A DNA stretch of 64,000 nucleotides from Candidatus Zixiibacteriota bacterium (GCA_037441845.1 JBBIRK010000002.1:192001-256000), one strand, 5' to 3'. Positions 1-9,885 are shown, counted from the first letter of the stretch. Translations and numbers: made by a program. Notes: generated by a model from the letters alone, not told the origin.

Positions 1-259
1 ACCCCCTCTGGCGATAAAATCGCTCGAGTTGTTGCCGATCCAAGATCAGGTTCGTCCGCGAAAGCCGGTATTTCGAGAACAGATTATACCAGCTTTTGGA
101 CTTGGTCAGCATCATCCTCTTGAGTTTTCGATCGGAAAAAGCGCTGTTCCCCTCGATCTCGACTTTCTTGATCTCCTGCCTTCTGTATGGGAATTCACGG
201 GCCTGCGATACCGCCGTGACGAGCGTCAATACCAGTATCAATAAATATCTAGAACTCAT
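1..259 (-). CDS. Omp85 family (TamA/BamA-like) protein, 5' part only; runs off the window edge
   Basis: Not in the ORF track. Translated by hand from ATG at 259: MSSRYLLILVLTLVTAVSQA (signal peptide) then EIKKVEIEGNSAFSDRKLKRMM...LERFYRQRG, a POTRA-like pattern. Overlaps the tamB stop by 11 nt. Confidence 0.75.
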   Translation of the reverse strand, partial: MSSRYLLILVLTLVTAVSQAREFPYRRQEIKKVEIEGNSAFSDRKLKRMMLTKSKSWYNLFSKYRLSRTNLILDRQQLERFYRQRG

Positions 260-3200
260 AATTGAATATGAGATCGAAAGAAATCCCTTCGTTCTTCGAT
301 CCTTGCCGGCCCTGAATCGACAAGTAACGGTTGAACAGGTATTCCAGCCCGATCGTTTCGCCGGCCTCGGCCGACAAAGACCGGGAATAGCGAAGATACA
401 ATTTGGGCGAAAGATACTTGGCCACCGATACCCGGGTTTGGCCCAAACTGTCGGCGTAAGGATTTATTTCCAGCTCGTCGATCACCCGCGTCCGTTCGAT
501 CTCGTCGGAAATCCTGGACAACACTATGCCGGCGTTATTCAGTATATTGTTCGCCAGCCCCACCTCTCGGGAACCGGTATTCGAGAAAATCGACATCTGG
601 TTTGCCAGCAGCAGCCTTAAAATATCTTCATCGGTATAATTGGAACCCGCCAGCGCCCGTATTTCCGGTTCCAGCAAAGAGCCGCCGATAACCAATCCCA
701 ATTCGTTGAAACCGATTCCCCCCGCGTCGAACTGCTCGTATTGCCTTCGATTCCGTATCTTGGTCTTGACCTCGAAATTTATCTGCGGGTTGATCTCGCT
801 GATATCGTTGAATACCATTTCGCCCTTATCGATCTTGAATTCGTAGTTGAAAAGGTAAAAATTCCCCCGGAGAATATTCAGCTGCCCCAATAGATGCGGT
901 ATGCCGGCCTCGCGGAAAAACAAGACGTTTCCCATCATCTCCATATCGGCTTCCGAATTTTTTATCCAGAGGTTGTTCAATGCGCTTATCTCGACTTCCA
1001 CCGTCCATTGAGTGGAATCCTCGAGTATCTCGGTTTCTGGGGTGACTCCTTTGGAAAAAGTGGCGAATCCTTCCTTCATGTCAAGACGGCTTAAAGACGC
1101 CGATCCGCTTATCACCGGGGGCGACGACCCGGCTATCGTCACGTCGAAATCCGTCGTCCCCTGAATATCGTACGACTCGGTGAAAAACTCGCAATTCTCC
1201 CCGGCGATTCGTAAGTCGTAATCGAAAAGCCCCAGGCCGATTATTTTGATTTTGCCTTTTCCGGTTATCAATCCCCGCCGGGCTGCCTCGCCGCCGATTT
1301 TATCCTGCCGCCCATTCTTCTTATAAATCAAACGGCCGGATATCGAATCCACCAATATCAGGTCATTTTCCATTCTCCCCGTTATATTCACGTTGTCGAT
1401 TGGATTCACCAGATCGAGCGCCTTTAGCGTTCCCTGCCGCAAATGGAACGTTCCGCCGACACTCGGTTTTCCATAGGTCCCTCTTATTTCAATAGCGGCG
1501 TCGAATTTTCCCCGGCAATACTCGACCGCAGGCACGAATGCGGCGATCAAAGATATCTCGGTTCCCTCGGCCCGGAAAACCGCTTGAATCGGCAGATCGA
1601 GAAGTCGATCGCCGACAAAATCGAACGACAGCTCGATCGGAAACAACCCCGAAAATTCGTATCGCGAATTTTTATCCACAAGCCGGGCGGATTTCAATTG
1701 ACACTGCCTATCGGAGTAATAAGCCGTCAATGAAAAATCGCCCTGTTCGATTTCGTTTATAGCCATATTCTTTATCGCCAGGTCGGCGTCGAACACCGGA
1801 GATTCGAAAACGCCGCCCGCCCATAATCTCCCCGATATCACCCCGTCGACCTTATGGGGGTAATGAAAATACTTTATCAAAGGAGCGATCGCGAAACCGC
1901 TGAAATTCGCCGTCAAATTCATGCTGTTGTCGAAACCGAGTTCCCCCGTCAGCTCCAAATATCCCTGCCCGCGCCCAAGCTTGAAATCCCGGAATTCCGC
2001 CTTGGTCGTATCGATTTCGATCCGCAGTCTGCCCGAATTAACCAAAGTATCCTCCCATAAAATCAACTGCAGCGAATCGACGATGAACTCGGCCGGATAG
2101 ATGGTGTTATCGATTAAGCCCTCGAAAGTCATTCGATTATTTTCGTTTCTCAACTTCACGCCCTCGAGATAGAAAGTCTGGCTGTCGACTTCCACCGTGA
2201 ATTCCCCGGAATCTACCGGGATCGAATAAAGCAAAGCCTCGCCGAAATTCACCCTCACCGGGCCCCGCATATGCGAAATAAAATCGACCAGTTGCAAATC
2301 GACTCGAAAATCGCGCGAAACCAAACCGTAAAAGCGGCAGGAATCCGAATGAAACGTTCCGTTGAAATCAAAATCGACCAACGGACCGGTGACTCTGAAT
2401 TCGCTTTCGCCTCTGCCGTCGAGATCGGCGATAAAAAACTGATTCTTGAAATCGCTCAGGTCACCGAAATCGGCTTTCCCCGCGATATCGACCTCGCCTT
2501 GGTATTCGAGCCACCCGCCGAACTCGAATCTGGCTTGCTTATAGCGGGCTTTGAATCCGGGATCGAACGTCAGTTTATTGAAATCGAACTCCATCCGGCC
2601 TTCGGCCTCGTGAAAATGATAAATGTCGATATCCGCCCTATCGAGTTTCATATCGATAGCCATTTTCAGCGAATTGGCGGCAAGCCCCTGCCCGACGAGA
2701 TCGATTTCCCCGCTGAATCGAGAATAAAGGTCGATCCCTATATTCCTCAGATTCAAATCCTCGATACGCCCGTCGAATGCGAATTTCGGCGGCTTGCTCT
2801 TGAAATCGATAAATCCGCTTCCCTGCGCCGGCGAACGGAAAACGACGGCCGTCGCTTCATCCAGAGTGAGCCTGCCCTGGGCCAGCCGCAGATGGCAGTC
2901 GATATCGGTTATCTCCTGATTGTACAGCCGCAAATTTCCGACCGCTTTTGACTTTATATCATCGATAGTCCCCTCGGCCGTGCCGGTCAGCGAGGCTTGC
3001 CCCTTGACATTTGTTTTGACCAGTCTTTCGATTTCGCTGAACTCCAGCGGCGACATCGCATATTCTATTTTGAACGGAAACTTTTCGGTCAATTCCACCG
3101 TTCCCGCCAAGCGCAAATCGGAAAGGGCCGTCGATATCACCAAAGATTCGACATCGATCATATGCGATGTATAGGTGACTTTACCTTGGGTATTATCGAT

Positions 3201-3797
3201 CAATAGGCCGCTTACGGCATCCTCGGCGTAAAGAGTGTCGATTGCCGCCTTTATACTTTTTCCGTCCGCCTCGAAAGCTCCGGCCAATCGGCCGATAGAG
3301 ATATCGAAATCGATTTCCCCAATATTCAGCTTCGCCGACACGTCACTCAAATCGAACTCGTCCACTTTGAGTCGGGGGATTTTCATCGCAGGCTTGTTCT
3401 TATCGCCGGACGATTTCCGCGGTATACCCTCGAGAATGCGGCTGTCTATCTCAGTCCTGACCGAATCGATTTTCAGTCTTCGCAGCGAAAGATCGCCGGA
3501 GACGACATCTTTAAGCGAATATTCGACTTCTGCGTTTCCTATCCAGCAGATCGTTTTCATTGAATCGGCGTCCACAATGTTAACCGAAATGTCGCCGAGA
3601 TCCAATCTTCGCCATAAATCGCGATTCATCTTGCCGATCGATATTTTGATTCCCGAGCCGGCCAGCAGGCGGCTGCCGAGCAGACGATTGACCTGAATCT
3701 CCGGAAGTCTCGTGAAAAGATACAGACAGATTACGACGACTAATGAAAACAAGAAAGCCGCCGCGGCCAACATAGGAATCTTGAAAATCAATCGCAT
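249..3797 (-). CDS. tamB: Translocation/assembly module TamB (AsmA-like, C-terminal DUF490)
   Basis: 1182 aa, N-terminal TM anchor, long beta-rich body, C-terminal VSVAKYLSPKLYLRY...LEYLFNRYLSIQG...YEF; adjacent Omp85 gene. Confidence 0.8.
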   Translation of the reverse strand: MRLIFKIPMLAAAAFLFSLVVVICLYLFTRLPEIQVNRLLGSRLLAGSGIKISIGKMNRDLWRRLDLGDISVNIVDADSMKTICWIGNAEVEYSLKDVVSGDLSLRRLKIDSVRTEIDSRILEGIPRKSSGDKNKPAMKIPRLKVDEFDLSDVSAKLNIGEIDFDISIGRLAGAFEADGKSIKAAIDTLYAEDAVSGLLIDNTQGKVTYTSHMIDVESLVISTALSDLRLAGTVELTEKFPFKIEYAMSPLEFSEIERLVKTNVKGQASLTGTAEGTIDDIKSKAVGNLRLYNQEITDIDCHLRLAQGRLTLDEATAVVFRSPAQGSGFIDFKSKPPKFAFDGRIEDLNLRNIGIDLYSRFSGEIDLVGQGLAANSLKMAIDMKLDRADIDIYHFHEAEGRMEFDFNKLTFDPGFKARYKQARFEFGGWLEYQGEVDIAGKADFGDLSDFKNQFFIADLDGRGESEFRVTGPLVDFDFNGTFHSDSCRFYGLVSRDFRVDLQLVDFISHMRGPVRVNFGEALLYSIPVDSGEFTVEVDSQTFYLEGVKLRNENNRMTFEGLIDNTIYPAEFIVDSLQLILWEDTLVNSGRLRIEIDTTKAEFRDFKLGRGQGYLELTGELGFDNSMNLTANFSGFAIAPLIKYFHYPHKVDGVISGRLWAGGVFESPVFDADLAIKNMAINEIEQGDFSLTAYYSDRQCQLKSARLVDKNSRYEFSGLFPIELSFDFVGDRLLDLPIQAVFRAEGTEISLIAAFVPAVEYCRGKFDAAIEIRGTYGKPSVGGTFHLRQGTLKALDLVNPIDNVNITGRMENDLILVDSISGRLIYKKNGRQDKIGGEAARRGLITGKGKIKIIGLGLFDYDLRIAGENCEFFTESYDIQGTTDFDVTIAGSSPPVISGSASLSRLDMKEGFATFSKGVTPETEILEDSTQWTVEVEISALNNLWIKNSEADMEMMGNVLFFREAGIPHLLGQLNILRGNFYLFNYEFKIDKGEMVFNDISEINPQINFEVKTKIRNRRQYEQFDAGGIGFNELGLVIGGSLLEPEIRALAGSNYTDEDILRLLLANQMSIFSNTGSREVGLANNILNNAGIVLSRISDEIERTRVIDELEINPYADSLGQTRVSVAKYLSPKLYLRYSRSLSAEAGETIGLEYLFNRYLSIQGRQGSKNEGISFDLIFNYEF

Positions 3798-3926
3798 CGT
3801 ATATCCCGTTACGAACAGCTATATTATGAGCAACGCCCCTCTAAATCCAACATATTTTCGCCCGTTTGTCTCCCTCGGCAGTCATCAACTCCTTATAATG
3901 AGTTTCCGCGGTCCTTGTTCGGCAAT

Positions 3927-3960
3927 AAAAAAGGCGCCCGGCCTCAGCCCGACGCCTTTT
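3927..3960 (-). terminator. Rho-independent terminator after pilC (possibly bidirectional)
   Basis: Minus strand AAAAGGCGTCGGGCTGAGGCCGGGCGCCTTTTTT: GC stem plus U6, 18 nt after the pilC stop. Confidence 0.75.
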
Positions 3961-3978
3961 CCGTCGAATTTCATAATT

Positions 3979-5232
3979 TTAAGATAGACCTCTTTTCAAA
4001 GCCATACCGAAATTGAATATCGGCAGATAAATGACGATCACGATCGTCCCGATCACCAGCGCGATCAGCACGATCAACATCGGCTCGATCAACGAGGTCA
4101 TCCGCGATACGACCGCCTCGAGCTGCTTGTCGTAAAAATCGGCGGCTTTGGAAAGCATCTTTTCCATCTCCCCCGTCTCCTCGCCGGTGGCCGCCAACGA
4201 CAATAACGTATTGGGGAAAGCCTCGGTTTTCTTCAGCGATGCGGCGATCGAATAACCGTCCTTGACATATTGAGTGGCCGATTTCAACGCATTCTGATAA
4301 TGAATGTTGCCGACGACCTTGTTCACCAGCCCCATCGTCTCCACTATCGGCACGCCCGCCCCCAGAAGCATTCCGAACGTCCGCGACATTTTGCTCATAG
4401 TGGAATCGATTATCAGGTTGCGCACGATCGGTATCGAAAGCTTGATTTTATCAAATACGTATCGACCCGTATAGGTTAAATTCACGACTACTATCATCGC
4501 CGCGGCCAGAATGACCCCGATTATCGAGACTATGAAATTCATCCTGACCGCCTCCGAAACCATTATCAATACCTGTGTAGGATAAGGCAGCTGAGCGTTG
4601 AATCGCTGATACACTTCCTGAAACATAGGCACGATCTTGACGATCAATACCACCGTCAGCACCGCCAGAATCGCCACCACGAATCCGGGATAAGAAATCG
4701 CCGATATCACTTTACGCCGCGTATCCTGTAGAAATTCGAGATAATTCGCCAGCTCATCGAGAACCGTGGCCAGCGAACCCGACACCTCGCCGGCTTTCAC
4801 CAACGCTATATACAGCGGCGAAAACACTCCCGGATGCTTATCGAGGGAATCCGAAAGCGAAAATCCCTTCTTGACATCATTGAGCAGCTCGGCGACCACT
4901 TTCTTGAATTTTCGGTTTCCCTCTTCATACAAGATATTATTCAGCGCTTTCTCTATAGTAAGACCGGCGGAAAACATGGTCGCCAACTGCCTGGTGAAAA
5001 AGACCAGACTGGTCAGCGGCACCGCCGTGCGCTTTTTATGTATATACAGGGTTATCGCGTCGATCAGGTTTCCCCGGGACTTCGCGGCGACGCTGCTCGA
5101 ATCGACCACCGAGATAACCGTCTGCCCGTTTTCCCTAAGTTTATTGAGCGCGCTGTCGAGGTTGGAGGCCGTAATACTGCCTTCCAGCTTGTTCCCCTTG
5201 GCGTCTTTGATTATGTAATTGAAAGTAGGCAT
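3979..5232 (-). CDS. pilC: Type IV pilus platform protein PilC (GspF family)
   Basis: FTRQLATMFSAGL, AGEVSGSL, GEETGEME, LIEP motifs; 3 TM; follows pilB. Confidence 0.93.
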   Translation of the reverse strand: MPTFNYIIKDAKGNKLEGSITASNLDSALNKLRENGQTVISVVDSSSVAAKSRGNLIDAITLYIHKKRTAVPLTSLVFFTRQLATMFSAGLTIEKALNNILYEEGNRKFKKVVAELLNDVKKGFSLSDSLDKHPGVFSPLYIALVKAGEVSGSLATVLDELANYLEFLQDTRRKVISAISYPGFVVAILAVLTVVLIVKIVPMFQEVYQRFNAQLPYPTQVLIMVSEAVRMNFIVSIIGVILAAAMIVVVNLTYTGRYVFDKIKLSIPIVRNLIIDSTMSKMSRTFGMLLGAGVPIVETMGLVNKVVGNIHYQNALKSATQYVKDGYSIAASLKKTEAFPNTLLSLAATGEETGEMEKMLSKAADFYDKQLEAVVSRMTSLIEPMLIVLIALVIGTIVIVIYLPIFNFGMALKRGLS

Positions 5233-5245
5233 CTGCTACCGCCGT

Positions 5246-6949
5246 TTATTCTTCATCGATTGTCGTTCTCATTACTTCTTCGATAGATGTCAGACCCGCC
5301 AGCGCTTTGCGGATTCCCGCCTCCCTAAGCGTAACCATCTGCTGTTCCAGTGCGGCGAATCGGATATCGTCCTGATCCTTGCCTTGGAAAATCAGCTTTC
5401 TTATCGGCAATTTCACCTCGAGCAGTTCGAATAGTCCGGTCCTTCCGAAATACCCGGTATTACGGCAGCGCACGCAGCCGTGCGCTCTGAACAAAGTCTT
5501 TCCCGCAAGCCGGCTCGGATCGATCTTCAGCTTCCGGGCTATCGACTCGTCGGCCTCGTATTCTTCCTTGCAAGCCGAACACAAAGTCCGCAAAAGTCTT
5601 TGCGCCATCACCAAATTCAATGTGGATCCCACCAAGTATCTGGGCACGCCGATATCCAAAAGTCTGGTAATGGTCGAGGGCGCATCATTTGCGTGAAGCG
5701 TGGTAAACACGAGATGGCCGGTCAGGGCGAACTTTATTGCGATATCGGCGGTCTCCTGGTCGCGGATTTCACCTATCAGAATCCGATCCGGGTCCTGGCG
5801 CAAAATATGTCTCAGCGCCGAACCGAACGTCAGCCCTATCTTATCATTGGTGGCCACCTGCGCGATCCTGTCTATTTGATATTCGACCGGATCTTCCACG
5901 GTCACGATATTGTCTTCTTCACATTGAATTTCCTTGAGGGCGGCGTGTAATGTCGTCGATTTACCGCTGCCGGTGGGCCCGGAAACGATTATCATCCCAT
6001 ATGGCTTTGTGATCCACTTGCGAAATATCTCGAGCATTTCCGCCTCGAACCCCAGCGACGCCAGCGTGAAAGCGAAACCCTTTTTATCGAGAAGCCTGAG
6101 CACCACCTTTTCGCCCCTCACGGTGGGGATTATCGAAACCCTTATATCCACTTCCTTGTCGGGCATCTTCAGCGAAATTCTGCCGTCCTGGGGCAATCTC
6201 CGCTCGGCTATATTCAAATTGGCCATGATTTTCAGACGCGAAATCAACCCGTTGGCCGACTTCTTGGGCGCAGTCATTATATCCTGCAACGCTCCGTCGA
6301 TACGAAAACGCACCAACACCGCATCGAAAAGCGGTTCGAGATGAATGTCGGTCGCCCGATTCTTGATAGCTTCCGACAATATCAGATTCACCAGCTTGAC
6401 TATCGGCGCTTCGTCGAGCTCTTTTTTGAGCTGATTGACATCTACATCGTCGAGCTCTTCTCCGTCGATACTGGCGATGAAATCCATGCCCGACAGCGCC
6501 GCCGTAACCTCGCCGGTCGTCCGCAACTCCTTATAATGACGCTCGATCGCCTCATCGATTATGCTTCTGGCGCCGATCAATGGGAAAATCTTGAGCGAGG
6601 TGATCTTTTGCAGGTTGTCGATCACCACGATATCCTCCGGATCGACCATAACAACCTCGAGCGTCCCGTCCTCGAGAGATTTCCCGATACAGTGGTACTC
6701 CCGCGCGAAAAACTCGGGGATATATTCGAGCGCCTCTTTCTCGATTTTTATCAACTCCTCCGCACCAACAAGTTTTATCCCGAGCTGTTTGGACAGAGCT
6801 TTCGCCAAATTCTCATCGGTGATATACCCCTCGGCAATCAACACTTCGCCCAACCGCTTTCCCATCTCTTTCTGTTTGGCAAGCGCGCCGTTCAAATCTT
6901 TCTCGGAGATCACCCCGTCCTTTACCAGAATCTCCCCAAGCAGTTCCAT
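5246..6949 (-). CDS. pilB: Type IV pilus extension ATPase PilB (GspE family) with N-terminal MshEN-like domain
   Basis: Walker A GPTGSGKST, TVEDPVE, LRQDPD..IGEIRD, TGHLVFTTLH, tetra-Cys CSAC/CVRC. Confidence 0.93.
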   Translation of the reverse strand: MELLGEILVKDGVISEKDLNGALAKQKEMGKRLGEVLIAEGYITDENLAKALSKQLGIKLVGAEELIKIEKEALEYIPEFFAREYHCIGKSLEDGTLEVVMVDPEDIVVIDNLQKITSLKIFPLIGARSIIDEAIERHYKELRTTGEVTAALSGMDFIASIDGEELDDVDVNQLKKELDEAPIVKLVNLILSEAIKNRATDIHLEPLFDAVLVRFRIDGALQDIMTAPKKSANGLISRLKIMANLNIAERRLPQDGRISLKMPDKEVDIRVSIIPTVRGEKVVLRLLDKKGFAFTLASLGFEAEMLEIFRKWITKPYGMIIVSGPTGSGKSTTLHAALKEIQCEEDNIVTVEDPVEYQIDRIAQVATNDKIGLTFGSALRHILRQDPDRILIGEIRDQETADIAIKFALTGHLVFTTLHANDAPSTITRLLDIGVPRYLVGSTLNLVMAQRLLRTLCSACKEEYEADESIARKLKIDPSRLAGKTLFRAHGCVRCRNTGYFGRTGLFELLEVKLPIRKLIFQGKDQDDIRFAALEQQMVTLREAGIRKALAGLTSIEEVMRTTIDEE

Positions 6950-7036
6950 AAACTACTACTCACTCCCTCTAAAAAACGATTTTCTCGTCGGGGTTATCGG
7001 TGCCAGGTTGTAACGATGACTTCATTCTTTGAAATC

Positions 7037-7068
7037 CGCGGGGGGCGCATCGATCGGCGCACCCCGCG
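7037..7068. other. GC-rich intergenic hairpin between the Ig-lipoprotein gene and pilB
   Basis: CGCGGGGGGCGC-N8-GCGCACCCCGCG inverted repeat with one mismatch; no strong U-tract. Confidence 0.5.
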
Positions 7069-7103
7069 TTCAATCCAAAACCATCGATCCCGCCGGCCTG
7101 CAA

Positions 7104-9866
7104 TTAGGGCCTGCGGCAATCTATCGTGGCTTCGCCTTTCACGTTCGGATACCCACGCAGCACCGCCGAAACCTTGGCCGTAACCTGCGGCGGATTGGGC
7201 GGAGTCTGCGGGATCATCTCATATGATATCCTGAATTTCGTATAAGCCCAGCCCGATAAATCGGTCGTATCCACCGACGGACCACACAATTCGCCCGCCA
7301 CCTGGGCCGAGAAATTGATTATCCCCTCGCTGATCGCGCATCCGATCCCGTCAATCAACTGCGCCGAAATATCGGAGGTATCATATCGGCCGGGCACCGT
7401 GATCCAGATCGAACCGGGATCGGCGCCCACCGCTATACGGCCGCCCTCGGCGTAAATCGGCAACACGATAAAGCTGCTGGTATCGAAAAGCGATCCCGAC
7501 TGCGCCACAATGAATATCTGCCTGAACGCCCGAGTGCAGGTGTAGGAAATCTGCGTGAACGCCAAACCCGGGACGCCGATAGTCTCCACCGTTCCCGAAT
7601 CCGGGTCGAATACGATCCCACCGGTGAATGCGTTGCCGCCGATCATGGCCACTGAATCGGGAATCACCCTGAAATGTACCGCCGTATTATATTCCACGGG
7701 GTTGGTGAAAGCATCGAGAACCAACGCGGTAACACCTCCGACATAAACCTCGCCCTCGGGGTGCACGTTACCCACCGAAGATATAATTATATTCGCCGGC
7801 GGCCCGGATTCGATTACCACTACCACCTTCTCCTTGAACACGTTCGGGTTGTCGATAGCGGTCGCCTTGATTCGCACCGTACCGGCACAGGTCCCCGAAT
7901 AAAGCGCCACCGATGCCCTACCGTAAACGTCCGTCGAATCGATCACCAACCACTGAATCGAATCGGCGGTCGGAACATAATTGAACGATGGCGCCTCCGG
8001 CCCGACAACCGCCGGCGCGGAGGTTATCTGGAATTGCACCGGATAACCGTCACTCAACGGATTATTGTTTTCATCTTTCAAAGTGGCGATTATCTGGGTG
8101 GCGATTCCCCCGATTTCGATCGTCGGATCCGAAGCCGTCAGCGTGATATTCGATCCTATCGCCGACCGAACCGTTAACGGCACCGTTTGCGACCAAAGCG
8201 TATCGTTGCCTCTCGGAATGAATGCCCGTATGAAATCGGTTCCCGCGGTTGTCCCAACCGTGTACGTCGCCTCGGCGACGCCGCGCGTGGTCATCGCCAG
8301 CGCGGTTATGTTCGAGGTCGCAAGCTGCTTGCGGAAATTGACCTGGGTTCCATTGATAACGTTGTTGCCGTTGGCATCCCTGGCCAACGCCCTGATCGTC
8401 TGCGCCGCCCCCGAACCGGCGACCATATCCGAGGGCATACTTATTATCTGCAGCGTGCTTGCCGAACCCGGGATAAATCCGATGGCCGAGCGAGCATAGG
8501 TGGTCTCGCCGGAAAGACTGATCCCCCATGCTTTCAACGAATCGAATTCCGTCACCAGCGCGGTATCGAGCGCCAACGGCGACCTAATCACGAACGTAGC
8601 CACCCCGTTAAGTGTGGGAGCCGAGTTGCTGCTCAACGTCCCCCGATGCGGAGTGGGGCCGTAATTCGATATGAAGATCGTCGTGTTGTCTCCGATCGGA
8701 ATGTTGGCCGTATCCGACACTGATACGTATATCCTCGCCGAGTCGTCGCCGCCTGCGATCAGTGAGATTTTTTCCAACGATATGCTCATCGATCCGATTT
8801 CACCCAGCAATTGAGAAACCACGTCCAGAGTATCGATTACCGCAATTCCACCGGCGGTTACCGTTATCGTTACGTCCTCGTAAACGCCCGGATCAGTAAT
8901 ATACTTCGCCTGCGTAAACCCGGAGTCGGTCGGCGCCGGGGGCACTACAGTCCCCACGTTGGGCGTTCGGCTTATCTGCACCGGCATTCCGTGAATCCCG
9001 GCGCCACTGGCGTCCCGGACCCAGATATTGATCAGCGCCGTGTCCGAACGGTAGGGCGACCGAATGATCAGCGTTGGCGGATCGAAATTCACCGACACCT
9101 GAGAGACAACGTTGAGCGGCGAATAATATATGTTCAGCGACCTGTTCGCCGTAACCCCACCGGCCAGAGCAGTGAAATTGATCACATAATTGGAATCCGT
9201 AGGCTCGGTGATATATTGAGCCTGAGCATAACCATTGACAGTATAAGCCGGCTGAATCAGCGTCCCTATATTAGGCGTCCTCAACACTTGAACTCGCACG
9301 CTGTCCAAACCTATTCCATGATTATCCCTTACCCACAGATCGATCAACGCCGTATCGATAGCCTCAGGAGAAGTAACCACCACCGAAGATGGATTGAAAT
9401 TCATGGAAACCTGAGACACATTTATATTCGACGTATATCTCACCGCGTATTGAACCGTGTTGCTCACTCCCCCGACCTTCGCCTGAAACGAGACCGTATA
9501 TCCTGTGGTATCTTGAAGACCAGTGATATATTGAGCCGTATAAAGACCTATTACTTCGGTCTCCACAACCGACGTGACAATGCCGTAATTCGGCGTTCTA
9601 CTTAGGCTGATATCGAGACTGTCGACCCCGTTGCCGTTCTCGTCAGAAGCGAAAATCAATATATCGACCGTATCCAAAACCATCAACTCCGAAAACGTCA
9701 GCACCGGCGGATTGAAATTGAGCGTCAATTCCGCCACCTGCTTGACCCGCGATTGACTGGGATTTATCGGATTACGATTATCGCAGCCGGCCAGTAAAAC
9801 GCCGATCGCCAGGACCACTGGCAACGTTACTCCGGCCGATCCTGTTGCTTTCCTGAAAGCTTTCAC
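7104..9866 (-). CDS. Large predicted lipoprotein of tandem bacterial Ig-like (Big_1/invasin-type) domains
   Basis: GTG start with SD AAGGAGG; lipobox LLAG|C at residue 28; repeated Big_1-like motifs (DANGNNVINGTQVNF, LKDENNNPLSDGYPVQF, TDVYGRASVAL, LDAFTNPV); 920 aa, Thr/Val/Ser-rich. Confidence 0.75.
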   Translation of the reverse strand: MKAFRKATGSAGVTLPVVLAIGVLLAGCDNRNPINPSQSRVKQVAELTLNFNPPVLTFSELMVLDTVDILIFASDENGNGVDSLDISLSRTPNYGIVTSVVETEVIGLYTAQYITGLQDTTGYTVSFQAKVGGVSNTVQYAVRYTSNINVSQVSMNFNPSSVVVTSPEAIDTALIDLWVRDNHGIGLDSVRVQVLRTPNIGTLIQPAYTVNGYAQAQYITEPTDSNYVINFTALAGGVTANRSLNIYYSPLNVVSQVSVNFDPPTLIIRSPYRSDTALINIWVRDASGAGIHGMPVQISRTPNVGTVVPPAPTDSGFTQAKYITDPGVYEDVTITVTAGGIAVIDTLDVVSQLLGEIGSMSISLEKISLIAGGDDSARIYVSVSDTANIPIGDNTTIFISNYGPTPHRGTLSSNSAPTLNGVATFVIRSPLALDTALVTEFDSLKAWGISLSGETTYARSAIGFIPGSASTLQIISMPSDMVAGSGAAQTIRALARDANGNNVINGTQVNFRKQLATSNITALAMTTRGVAEATYTVGTTAGTDFIRAFIPRGNDTLWSQTVPLTVRSAIGSNITLTASDPTIEIGGIATQIIATLKDENNNPLSDGYPVQFQITSAPAVVGPEAPSFNYVPTADSIQWLVIDSTDVYGRASVALYSGTCAGTVRIKATAIDNPNVFKEKVVVVIESGPPANIIISSVGNVHPEGEVYVGGVTALVLDAFTNPVEYNTAVHFRVIPDSVAMIGGNAFTGGIVFDPDSGTVETIGVPGLAFTQISYTCTRAFRQIFIVAQSGSLFDTSSFIVLPIYAEGGRIAVGADPGSIWITVPGRYDTSDISAQLIDGIGCAISEGIINFSAQVAGELCGPSVDTTDLSGWAYTKFRISYEMIPQTPPNPPQVTAKVSAVLRGYPNVKGEATIDCRRP
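8810..9745 (-). repeat. Three tandem ~105-aa repeats in the Ig lipoprotein
   Basis: Each unit has NF[N/D]P...DT...D..G.G...RTPN.G...A[Q/K]YIT. An identical 15-mer GTGATATATTGAGCC occurs at 9208 and 9523 (315 nt = 105 codons apart). Boundaries approximate. Confidence 0.8.
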
Positions 9867-9885
9867 GGGAACACCTCCTTTATGC

